DNA from: Lingula anatina
Taxonomy: Eukaryota > Animalia > Brachiopoda
Assembly (NCBI GenBank): GCA_051362555.1
Contig: CM120648.1
Coordinates: forward strand, 9,296,587 to 9,360,586
Length of the DNA: 64,000 bases
Direction: 5' to 3'
Of this stretch, positions 36,679 through 49,491 are shown piece after piece. Made by a program: the position numbers and the translations under genes. The notes beneath the pieces are model-generated. The model did no database searches. It was given only the letters and a program-made list of their open reading frames with translations, and was not told the DNA's origin. Within the stretch, counting starts at the first letter, position 1; each line of letters begins with the position of its first letter.

Positions 36679-39088
36679 CTGCCATGAAAAAGAGAAAAAA
36701 AGGAAATAAGTTTCTCTTGGACAGTGACATCTGATAACAGATTCATTTGGTGGAAAAAATGTCAGTCGTCAAAAGATTAAATAAGAAAATCAAGTTATTG
36801 TTTAAAAGCTTATATGTATATTAACATATTCTGTAAATTGAGATACAACTCCAATGAATGTATTCAACATTAAAAGAAAATATATTTTATTAACTCAATC
36901 AAGATTGATAATATATCAAGTAACACTTTGCCTAATGGCACATAATACATATATATTCTTCCTACATTAAATAATACCCTTTTTTAATACGTATATAAAA
37001 ACATAAAGCAGCCTGAAGAAAACAAAAACCCCAAAACGATTTTCACTCATTCCACTCTACTCAATCATCTAGGCCAGTAGCCTTGATAAGATAAACAACC
37101 AAATGAATCAACAAGTATAATCTCCTTATCAAAACCCATGTATTCATTAGTATAAATGAATAGGTTGGGAACTGCATAATAGAACAATAACAGTGTTTTT
37201 CTCTATTAGAACTTTTCTCCCAGGCACATCCTCATTACATATGTATAGCAAAAGAAATATCGTGTATTTGTGCAGAGAGCACAAAAGTGACAATTTCCTC
37301 ATTAAAAACAAAACAACAACCTGATTAACGAATTTAAATTCTGGTTTGAATTTCTGTGAGTCTATGCTTACATATGATTCATTTAAATATATTGTATTTT
37401 CACATAAACTTTGCCTGTCCAGATGACCAGCAATATGAAAATTGTGCTGATCCTCTCACTGGCATCTGGTTTTTCAAGTGTTCATGACCAGTCAGACCAG
37501 TACTTCGTTTCCAGTATTTTTGGAGAAATTTCAAGCTTTTGCCACATTGGCAAAAGTAGTCATTTTAATTTAGCCAATGGTGAAATGGCACACCATCAGC
37601 ATGAGCCCAGGCAGTCCGTGAACTCACTCAGAACAAGTTGATCCACGAGCTAACAGATCTGCACGCTAAAAATGGTCTACCTCCAAGCGCGCTTTTGCTG
37701 CAAGGCTTAGCAATTCAAACTTGGAGCCGAGATTTTATCTGTTTAATGGTGTGTGTGTGTGTGTGTGTGTGTGCGTGCATGTGTGTGTGTGTGCATGTGT
37801 GTGCATGCGTGTGTGGAGGCTGGGAGACCATCAGGGGATTAGAGCGGCTTGCTTTTTAGTGGGGTCAGCAATATTTTGTCCGCGGACCATCTGTTATGAA
37901 TGTACTCTCTATATATACATAAATCTGTTCTATTACCTAACATAAACGGTTATCTAAACCATTGTTCTGCAGTAGGGAACAGGTGGCAGAGGGAGAAATG
38001 AAAATAAAAAACATGTGTTTTTCCATTGTATCGATTTCAATATCACTTTCCCTGAGGTGTCTGTTTTCTGATATTGCATTGAGGTGTAGGTGCGTAAACA
38101 ATGGCAATTTTTGCAACTGGTAATTATTGATTTCAGCACCAGCTGTCTTAATTAGTCTGTTTACCAGTGGTGCATCTGGAGCCCTATCAAATACTGAAAT
38201 CAATCCAACCTGTCTTGGATCAAAATAATGACAAAAAATAACTATTCTAATTATAATACTCCTTATCATTTAGTAGGTTTTGTTAATCTCAAACCCATGC
38301 ATAGGTCTGATAAAAAAAAACACTCTGCCAACTGAACATGACCCCCATGTTTAAGATTAAAAAAAGAAAAAAAAAACTCTTATACAAGTACACTGTTTCA
38401 ATGGCTGACCTTATATAGGCCACCTAGTGACATTTATCCCTAAACCAATTCAGATATGTCTTAAGTCTGAATGCGTCTTGGATTTTCGTGATCCATTAAA
38501 CAGGAATTAATTTAACCAACAAATGGGTTTAGCAATAAACTGCAGCTGGGGCAGTACGAGTGACGTCAGGTTGGTAAAGAAGCATCTTAAAAAATTTATC
38601 TATGACAGTGAGTCAGCAACTGTCATGTTTCTAGCATTGTTTGGCCCAATATTTTCACTTGTATATCTACTTTTCTTTCTTTCTTCATTTATTTTTTTTA
38701 ATTTATTTATTCATTCATCTATCCATCATTATTGTTTATAAATGCTGAAATTTTTCACTAATTCATCCAATTAATTTCTTTTAAAACACTAGCTCATTCA
38801 TTCTCTTCACCAGGGGTATGATTATTCCTAATAACAGGGTATCTATAAACAAAACAAAATATATGCTAAATATATTTAATCATTGTCAGAGTCAGGCTAA
38901 AACATAAACAAATAACTTAAATATAAAGATTCTGTATCAAAATCAAGTCTGGCTACTAAAAACAAATATGGAAGTTAGTGCCCTTGGTTTATGTACAAGT
39001 TCATGGTATATACAGTATTTTTATCAATAATTTTTTCTGTCTTTTTTCTATTTCATTTAGATTCTATTTCATTTCATTCTATTTTTAC

Positions 39089-39330
39089 TTTTTCATTGGG
39101 CTTGTGCCAATTCAACTGGTATCATTCTATTAATAATTATCCGGGCTGAATTATTTACACTACATCAAGATCCCTGGTTTATTAGTGCCATTCACGTAGT
39201 CAGCTTTTTCATCTTATTATTATTTTTTCATTGGGCTTGTGCCAATACTACTAGTATCACTTTACTACTAATTAACGGGGCTGAACTATTTACGCTACAT
39301 CAAGACCCCTGGTTTATTTGTGTCATTAAC
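39089..39330. repeat. Diverged tandem duplication, period about 134 bp
   Basis: tttttcattgggcttgtgccaat...ctacatcaaga.ccctggtttatt occurs twice. Confidence 0.85.
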
Positions 39331-40628
39331 AGAGTTTGTTTGAAAACTAATGAACCTCCTCTTAACTATGTCTGTGTTCGCAAATAATGTTCAGGTATAT
39401 TTCTTTGAAATAGTTGTTGGATAACGTGGTTACTCTCTACCCGAATCGAGGGCTTGAAATTATGGCATGAGTGGGATGTGGCAACGAATAAAAGCTGACA
39501 GAATTTATCAACTACTATTTTTCTGGTTTTTTCCTTTGTAATTTTGGTCAAATTATAGTTGGTTGCACAACAGTATGAAGTCATCACATGATCATCTCAT
39601 CACAGTTCTATTCAATGAAGTAAAAGAACCACAAGTGCTTTACAGAAACATAATTACAGTATATGTATCTGAAAGTTGGAGAATTTTTCCCCATCAAAAA
39701 GGCAGAATACATTACCGTAACAGGGAATGCCCCCCCCCCCCCCCCAACCCCCTTTCAACACCTAAACTGTACAATTTCATAATCCCTGTTCGCCTTGGGT
39801 TGAACACAGAATGAAAATAACCTTATCCAATCTCAGACAGAGGTGTACTTTGTGCATGCACATTTGCATGTGTGATTCGTTCGGTGGAGATCACAATATC
39901 ACAGGATATTCCATTAGCCTGAAAGGTATCAAATTTTTGTCAAAGATCTTCAACATACTATGTTTCAGGGTAATGGTGAGATATTTCTACAGTATATATA
40001 ATATTTCTGCTCTTACTCAAAAGCATCATTATGCAATATAGTTTTTAACAAAATCAACACAAAATGGCTTAAGTCAAGTTAAAAAAATATTTTAAACATG
40101 TAAAATTCTGAGGTATTTCTGAATTTTGAATAAGATATAAGATGCACAAGTACTCGGAATTGAAATATCCATAATGCTAAAATATTGCAATTTCAGATTT
40201 TTGTCTTTTTAATAAAAACCCCGAAACATTCTTTAAATAAGCACGCTCCGCTCTATGGGAAATTAAGCATGTTGATTCTACCTCGAGTTCTATACACGCA
40301 ATTGGCTAATATCACTTCACATAATCGTGTTTCTCAAATTATTCATCCATTTACTTAAATGCCAGCCAGGTCTTTTAAAAAAGCAAATGTTCAAATTGTG
40401 CAGGTAAATGCATGCCGATTGCAAACAGATTCCCTCGTATATATACGCCTGCACACACGCCCTCACTCATATGGCATAAGCACGACAGTAAAATTAACTG
40501 AATGGGAAGAATTCTCTGACTTTTGCTAAAGAGGACCAAAATATATGTTCTCGTTTTCTATATTGTCTTTGTGCTGTTTAATTGTAATCATAGAAGTCAC
40601 CCCCCCATATACCCACACGTGCCCCCAT

Positions 40629-40675
<47 letters not shown>

Positions 40676-42552
40676 CATGACCCATGGTTGCCAAATTTAG
40701 TACTTTCAGAGAAGCAAACTGCCAGGCATTGAGAGGAATCTTTGGAAATGCTATTCAGCCCAAAGCTATGGCAGGCATTAAGAAATTCAGACTAAACAAG
40801 CCAGGTAAAAACCTTATGACGCAGTTACAGATCTTAAAATCACAATGCTTTCCAGATCTTGAACTTCCAATGACTTGCAGTAATAAAACTGCAGTTATCA
40901 TAGCCCCTACAAGACCCTAATTTATTTCCAATGTTATTCAATTAGACACCTACCACAAGTCAACTTCATCGGATCTTTCACCTTTTTGTGAACAGCAAAA
41001 GGGGATTACCTTACCTCCAAAAAAATCAATAAATTCAGGGCCTGCAATGATTAACATATCTGGCCCGTGCAATGGATAGTCAACAAGCAAGTTAACAATT
41101 ATCTCTCTTCATAAAGAATTACGATTGATCAATCTTATCAATGCCCTCCCACTCTCCCAATTATTTAAAGGCATGGCCCCGTGCTATGGATAGAAAATTG
41201 GAACTTCTCTCTCTAAATCCAAGAGCTTTTCACTCCAATTCAAGAATGGCCCCTAAACCTTCTTCCTAATATTACCCCTAATGCCTATTTGTTTTCTCAA
41301 GTAATATTTGACTTTTGGAAGGTATACACACACACAAAATGAATTTGACCAGTATGATGCAGACACCATTGAATTTCAAGAGCAAATTTGCGCAGGGTTC
41401 TGTTACCTTATAAAACCATTAATGGTCAATCAACATGCATGGAATGAATCTCGAATTTATTTACCGAGTACTGTCTGAATTGGAAACCCCTTAGGCACTA
41501 ACATGCCTGTACTTAAGAATATGAGCAATTTGAGCAACTTATCTATGGGGAATATTTGTTGGGCCTTATTGGTTTTTGCTAACATCAAGTTTTGATGGAA
41601 TCAATATGAATTTCTTAGCACTCTTGAAAGATCTTATGGGCAGACTGAGAATCAATTACTAACCTTTTAGAGCAGGCTGTCAAAGAGTCCTTCACAAAAA
41701 GACCTAAGGTCTTAACCTTCTGGAAAATTTAGAATATCCGTATGCAAAAATTGGAATAGGCTATGTTCAAAAAGTACTACCATCACAATTAACACTTTGC
41801 TCACTTCTGGCAGAAGTTGCATATTTAAGACCACCAAGCTACTGACTTTTCAAACTTGATTTTTTTATTTTTCCTAACAGAAATACTTATTTCATTCAGT
41901 TCACTGTGAACTTTATAATCATAACAAGACTGACTTCAATAAAATCTAGATGCGATCAGTTTTCATTCAAAAGTCTTCGTCATCTGACTGAACTAGGAAC
42001 ACCTGCCTGTGATCTCAATTTCTTTTCCTTTTTTTTTAAATTCCTGTTAACGCATGGAAAACATGACAAAGTACATAAGGGGTGTTCATTCACAATAAAA
42101 CTCACTTAACCAAGTAACTAAGAATCAACTTCCTTCCTATTAATGACTTGACAGTTAAAGGTAAGTTAAAGGTAGCCTGCCTCTCATACTGTTAAAGTAA
42201 ATCATAATTTATCCACAAAGCAAGTTTAATGCACATACTAACAATTTACATAGCAAAAAATTACTTATCCCTTTTCTATTCTCGATAATACAAATGCACA
42301 AATGCAGATACTAGTAAGAACTATTGTATTTCATTCCTGCCAGTAATTATTACAACTTGGAGCTCAAAATTGGGTCTATATATATTTTATAATTTCTTAA
42401 ATTTTTTATTCTTGGTGATATTGAAGTGAAAAGTAATATTGAAGACATTTCATGTATTTCATTTCTCCTTATTTTTCATATAAAAAGTGTGTATTTATTT
42501 TCTTTTTGTAAATTAAATTAAATTTTTGGTATGTGAGATAGTTCAGTCACTT

Positions 42553-42597
<45 letters not shown>

Positions 42598-45075
42598 AAA
42601 AGTAATATCACAGCATCATATGTCCCACAAGTTCTAATAATCACATGAACTTCCAAGGGTTTGAGCGAGGTCTCATGGCTTGTTTTCCTAGCATGCTTTA
42701 TTGGTACCTAACTGCATACGGGTATACGGCTTTGAACTTCTGTTTGATACAATAAAGATGCCAACATTTTGTTTAATAAATAATGACATCGGTCTCAAAA
42801 TTTCATGATATAACTGCAGTTTATCACGTTCATTTTTCTACCCGAGTATGTGTACACAAAAAAAATTGAGCAGAAAAAGACAGACAGACAGACAGACACA
42901 CACAGGAGCCTTCTTAATCAGTCTAAGTTAGGTCGGCTGTGAACACAGCCAAATAGACCAAGGTGCAGTCTAAGTTAAGTCAGCTATGAACACAGCCATG
43001 CACTCCTACATAAAATTAAATTTTAAGGAGCAAATTTCGTTTAAATTGTATCTAAAAAGAGACAGTCATTGTCATCCAATGTATATCTCTTCCAATTTAA
43101 AACTGAATTGTTTTTTATTATATATTTTTATATTAAAACATCATGATCAGGTTCTACTTCTACATCTTTATCAACAACAAAGATACCTCTTTATATTACC
43201 AACATGTAAACCGTTTTGTCAAAACTAATCTTATCAAGGTGAAAAAAGTATTAGAATACCCAAATTTGTGCCTGGCTTGCTAAACCTACCAAGGGCCAAC
43301 AATCCGATTCATCCGTGTTTAGTGTAAACACGCCAAAGCATCAGCCGAGGTTAGAACTGCGGGGTTGGAACTGCGTAGGTGAACACATGTCCTAGTTTTT
43401 AGTGTACATGTGAATTATGCTGTCTGTCAGTCTTTTGATCCTTTGTGTTGATGTAAAACATGTGGATCATAAAGAATGTTTCTGTAAATGTTAATTCCAT
43501 TTTACAAAAACTGGACCGCGGGTGCCCCGCAAATATAGATATCTACCAGTACTTTCCTAGGTTGTCCCTAACTCTGAGCTCTGAGTATGTTGTCTAATTT
43601 TCAACAAAATTGTTCTCATTGTGACGGAGTTCCAGCACTTTTTATCCCCTCCTTCTGTTTAATGCAAGGACTTTAAATGACATGAGTACGAAAGCAGAAC
43701 TAAGTCAAGAATTGTCAAGTTTACAAAACAATGTGGAGTTGGCCCATTGTGAGGCTTAACTTGACGCTACTTTCTGGACAGATCGACAGATCGGCATGTG
43801 GTTCTACACGTCCCTCGCAACTATGACGGCATTTCTTCACATTAATACTGGCCCTGTTACTACATGTAGTACCTTTTTTTGCCAGATTTCATTTTTTCTA
43901 GGTGATGTTTGAGGTAGACTCGCCCTTCGAGGAATTGACGCCTTCAAGAAATCAACAAAAACCAGAAATACTGTTTTTTCACTGTTTTTCCCCCGTCATG
44001 CCCATGTCCATTCTGTTCAGGATTTTCACAAAAAATATTTTCAGTGAGAAGAACGGTTCTTCTATTTATGGTTTTTTAATGTGTTTTTTTTAAAGAGTAA
44101 AAAAAGATAAATAGCATTGCAGAAAATTTTAGAAGCATTTTTAAAAGCTCCATTCCCTGTAATGTTCTCTCTGCTTCTTTCACGCCTCCCCACACGTCAT
44201 CCCTGCAGGGGCAAAGTAATTAAATCTCGTCTCAATGCGACTGTTCGAGGGACGACGCGTGGGGAGGGGCGTGAGAGGCAGAGAGACCATTACAGGATTA
44301 AGCGGTCTTCTTTCCATGTAGGTCTGCCATATTTAAGCCATGGACCAGCTAGCACTCAGCTCTTCTAATTCTGAATGGCCCCTTTCTCTTAGCCATTTAC
44401 CTATGTAGCTATCCATCTATATATTTTACTTCTTGATCTTTAAAAATTTTTGCCACTTCTGAATCTATTGTTACAAACAATTTTGTTTTGCCTACAGAAA
44501 ATGTTCATTCAAGTATAAAGATTTTAATTTGTTTTTTATCATTTTGATCACGAAAATGAGATAGTAGTGTGACAACATTTAATCCACAGAAAAGATTGTA
44601 AGAAGTCATGCATTCCAGTAAATATAGCTTTTATATCCCACTGCATAAATAAGTAAAACTGATGAAAAACCAATAAATAAATAAATAAACAAACTAAAAT
44701 TTCTGCCTGTTTACCGTAACCATGATCCTAAAATCCAGAGATTATGATGTATATGACAGAGTACAAGCAGTGAGAGCATAGCAATGTGAACTGTATGGTA
44801 AAACACTTTTGTTTTTCATCATCCAAAAAGTCAACCGTCTTTTAACTAGGCGTAAAATCAAGTGGGATTTCGTGGGAATTAAAGAGATGGGGTCAGATAT
44901 AATGGCAGCCTTGCAAGTGCTGTGCAGCAACGAACAAATGCTGACAAAATTTCTCCAATGACATGTTTCTGGTTGTTTCTTTTTGAGTTCATACTGTAGA
45001 ATTGGGCCCCATTCCCATAGAAACCATCTGATCAGTCTACATAGATCAATCCAGCTCCGTTGGGATTCTCATTTA

Positions 45076-45332
45076 GGCTGCGTTCACATGAAAAATCTAT
45101 TTTCTAAAAATCTAAAAATCTATTTGCGGTATCTTGTGATCAAGGTCTATGCCCTTAATACCCTGCGGCGTAATTACCGGCAGTGCCGAGAATCAATTAC
45201 AGCTTTGGAAGTAACTGGCTCAAGCTGCCCGTAATTACGCCGTGGGATATTCAGGGCACAGACCGTGATCACAAGATACCGCAAATAGATTTTTAGATTT
45301 TTAGAAAATAGATTTTTCATGTGAACACAGCC
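45076..45332. mobile_element. Palindromic MITE family P, TTA TSD, nested in a family C remnant
   Basis: ggctgcgttcacatgaaaaatcta... / ...tagatttttcatgtgaacacagcc, with TTA at 45073-45075 and 45333-45335. Confidence 0.9.
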
Positions 45333-45479
45333 TTAATGCAATCAGTTTAACAGATTAAACATACACAGTCAAAGGGATAGAATGGGTCCACTTTGGAAAA
45401 GTTTTGATAGTCTTTTTTTGCAAAAACCTGGCTTCATTTTAAACCCAAGATCAACTTCGCCTTTCCAATTTTACCCTAA

Positions 45480-45693
45480 GACCCCATACCCAGAGATTAG
45501 ATCGATCCAACTAGATCGACCTAACTCCCTAGGGGTTCACACTAAATAGCTGTCAGCCGAGCGGGCACGAAAGTTAATTACCCCCTTTCATCTTGTAGGA
45601 GGAGGGACGGACATTTAAGCTGGATTATCTGACAGTAATCTAGTGAGACTTCCCACGGGGATAGTTTGATCTAAAATCTATGGGAATGCGCCC
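45480..45693. mobile_element. MITE family C copy, TAA TSD
   Basis: TAA-gaccccatacccagagattagatcgatcc...tctatgggaatgcgccc-TAA. Confidence 0.85.
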
Positions 45694-48600
45694 TAAGACT
45701 TGTTTTCAAGTAATACCACCAATATTAATAATTTTCATTTAATGAGGAAATTTTACCCTCAATAGCTTGCATGGCCTGATTGAAACGGTTCTCTGGGTAA
45801 AATCAAGAAACACTATATAAATATGTCTCAGATCTCTTTTTTTAATGCCAAATAATCTTTTGGGAATTCAATAAGTCTCATTAGATCTGACAAAAATGCA
45901 TCTATCATATTAATCATCAAAGATGTTTCAAAAATAATTTATCATTAATTCAATCATGCAATACCTACAGCAAAACTTTGTAAACATCAGTCGAGAAAGA
46001 TCCGATGTCATGATGAAATATAAATATAATATGCATCCACAAGATAGAAAATGCAGATGAAGGGGCTTCAATTCAAAGTCAAGGACACTTGTAAATATTT
46101 GCAAATAATGGCTCATAACCAACTCCATCTGTAAGTCAAAAGGCAAATATAATTCATAATTTTTTAAGCAGTATCAATAAGGGTTTAACGCTCAATTTTT
46201 CCCTAACTGCCAGAGACTGCTTAATAGAACTGTTGAGGCAACCTTAGTATTGACGATTAACTCAGTGAGTTGGCTGTTCAATAACTAGGTAATAGCTGAT
46301 GTAAAACATGAAACGCTTTGCTACTGCTGCCTGTATGTGGCACAGCAGTTTATCACATCCATTACCCCATTCATATATTCCCACAGGTCCACGAGATGAT
46401 TATTGAAATCGAAAATTTAGAGTCATTACATAACCTCTCTCTATTCATTTCTCCTTGCCCATAGAATATAAACTGTGTATCAATAATTCATATGAAAAGC
46501 AGAAACAATCATACCTTTAGGAAACGAATAAAAATATGCTGCCAGTGTTAGTGTATGCAGAAATAATTGACATTTTTCACAGCATAGTCAGCCTGCAACA
46601 TTAATACCTGCAACCTGACTTCAATCGGCCCCAATACCTAATTACAGCAAAACTGAAGCCAGCTCAGTGAAATTTTGAAAATTGCTACAGTTATTGGCCA
46701 CTTTTTCTGCTTTGAACCACAGAGTATGTCCTTCAAAACTGGTTCCCTAAAAGGGCAGAAAGCGGCCAGAAGGTTTTTGGTTTGGTTCACTGACAGGAGC
46801 TGTCTTTTTTTAATCAGACAAAAATAAAAGAGAATGCTACTTTCTAGTAAATCACTGATCAAAAGATGCATCATATTTTTTTTTATTTATAGCTTATGAA
46901 GCAGGAAGATAAAAACTCACTTCAATCCTTTTTTTATAAAATGAGTTAATATGGAAAATAAGACTAAAATACTTTACTCGCATAAGCATGATTCATACGG
47001 CAAATGGGAAATGCTTGCTTCCCCTTCTGCCCCCCCCCCCCATCCTCCTCTTCTGACTCATGCCTTCTCCTTCCTCAGGTGTGTGCTATAATTTTAAACC
47101 TTCATTATTAATTCAAAAAAATACCACCTCCTATAAACCTAATTCCAAATTCTTTCGCTAAAAAAAACGGGGTCATTCATTTTAATGGCACGGTTACTAA
47201 CCATGGTTTCATTCAATTATTTTTCTCAGCTGTATGCATGCCAGTGAGAAGTGCTGAAGTGCAACTTGACCTAACTCTCTCTGTATTCGGATCGTTTCTT
47301 TCGTCCCATTAAAAAAATGAAAATAAAATGTCGCCTGATAAGAAGAAAGATTTATTTCAAATTCATTATATGTGGCATATCTAACTGGATAAACACCTCT
47401 GAAATTTAAGTAAGAAATCAATGTATGAGAGATTTGGTTTCACTAAAGAAATATGTTGCACTGTCATAGAAATGTCTCGAACATGTTGAAAACAGGGTAA
47501 AATGCAGGTAGACCAACAGGCATACGCTGAGGTGAAAAAGTCAACTACAGTTCAAAAATGGAGTATTTGCTAATCAGTAATGGCTTCTAATCGCCCAATG
47601 TCATCATATATTATAATGATAAAACAAAAGTCATTAAAAATGTTAACAAAAATTTACTGAGGTGAAAATCTGATAAAAATTAACTCGTGGACGTTTTTTA
47701 TCATGAACAGAGAAAAAAATTTTTTTTCAAATCCTGTGTGTAATAACTCTCTACCAAAGACCACCAGACTAATGATGTCAATTCTATTAAAAAAAAAAAA
47801 GTATGAAACCGTTTGATAGAACCAATTATTTCTGCACGCAAGTAAATCCTTCTGACTTTGCATAGCTAGGAACTCTGCTTATTGCTCAATGAATCTTTAC
47901 CTTTTATTTTTTGCCTGGGGTCTACAAGGAAAACCTTAAACTGGTTATGATCTATTATGATTACTGCGTAATTCAGAGAAAGCAGATAAGAGGATAATAT
48001 GGGGGGGGGGGGGGGGGGGGGGGGTAGGGGGGGGGGGGGTAGAGCATTAGCCAGGCAATCATCCAGCTGTCTTTTAAGCCACATTCAGAACAGTGGACTA
48101 ACTAGTCCGCAGATCAAATATGGCGACCCACTAAAAACTTGCCCAAAATTACATCACGCGATGAACTTGGAGTTTTGTACCAAGCATAATTAGATGTTTT
48201 GAAGATACATTAAATGAATGCAACAGGAATAAAAAAGCTAAGGCCTTTAATTTAAGATTAAATCTCCAACCTGCAGTCCTACCTTAAGAAATGTGCCAAA
48301 GCAATGAAACTTTTTCACCCTGGTCATAACAAGCATGTTCATTTCGAGCAGCTTAAACATCACGTGCAAGGAAGCCAATTAACAGTATAGCACAGCTCAA
48401 ATAATTAGAAACCAAATGATTAACAACAAGATAACAGCAGAACACAAAAGGATCAATAGTCCAAATATAATGCGTGTATGTGGGGCTGAAAATGCTGTAT
48501 TTGAACAGTGTAGCAGCTATATGCATGTTGTTAGGGGTGAATTTCTTCCATCGACACTACATTGGCTTGGTTAAAACCATAATTTCCACCTATGCACATT

Positions 48601-49403
48601 GCTTAATTGACTTCAACTGATCAGAATCAATGCTAATAACTTGCTCTTTGGGCCATAAGTAGTTCAGCATCGTTTAAAAGAGGCAAAGGACTTGCCTCCC
48701 ACCTGACTGGGTTACCAAAGTCAAAGTTGTCACGGTCATTGGTTTTTTAAGAAGGCAGGCCAGGCAGGCCCAAATTAGCAAACCCCATATGCCAAACGCA
48801 TTGACTGAAGGTACTGGTTAGCATATATTAATATAAGAGGGTAAAGAGTGACCTTAAAAGCCTGCTAACTGTCTCAGTTGGTATGTACAGTAATTAGCAT
48901 GCGGTTTCACATGTGCTAACGCTATAAGCTGCTATTTACGTTTTGTGAGGTATAAGTATTTGTTTTAGCACTACTATCATAAACTGCACAAATCAAAAAT
49001 GTGCGCTTATATAAGCATGAAAGTTTGTGCTAAGTTGGTAATATGACATGTAAACACACATAACCGCACAGTGAAAGAGAGGGGGATGGAGGAGAGAGAG
49101 AAACATTGGCAGCAGTAACTAGAATGTAAGCAGTGGTACAACTAGTACATGTTATACGGGAAATTACCATAATCTGACCCCGTTACTAGAGAGCTTATAC
49201 ATGTACTAGATTGCGGGGTTGTCAATTTCGTTCTGGGTCATTCCTTCCCATATAGTTATCCTTGTTCTTCATTGCGTTGACTTGTGTTTTCCTTGTACCC
49301 TTGGCAATAAACAAATATTACACTAGTCCCGTAGTTATATAAATGCCGATCTTAGCCAAGTTGTGAAATTCTACATGCAAGTTCAAGTAAATGTTGGCCT
49401 TAC

Positions 49404-49491
49404 CTCTGACATCGTCTTGGTTATCCGTGCTTCGGAATTCTGCCTGTTCTTCTTTCCCGGCAACGGTGAAATATATCACCTTGGTTGCCAT
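49404..49491 (-). CDS. PDE9A: PDE9 coding exon 1 (MATKVIYFTVAGKEEQAEFRSTDNQDDVR)
   Basis: ATG at 49491 and donor GTAAGG at 49403 (phase 1). Resembles the PDE9A N-terminus (KAIYLDIDG..). The true start could be further upstream. Confidence 0.85.

Larger units (their letters stand above)
2562..49491 (-). other. PDE9A: PDE9-family cGMP-specific 3',5'-cyclic nucleotide phosphodiesterase gene, 13 coding exons, about 545 aa
   Basis: Exons join in frame (88+150+52+103+143+142+96+123+161+103+105+147+225 = 1638 nt). Class I PDE motifs PFHNFKH, HDLGHPGYNNAY, LENHH, ILATDM and ADISNE are present, plus the PDE9-like [16 protein letters not shown] and a PDE9-like N-terminal domain. It may be a PDE9 paralogue rather than the strict orthologue. 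Confidence 0.93.
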
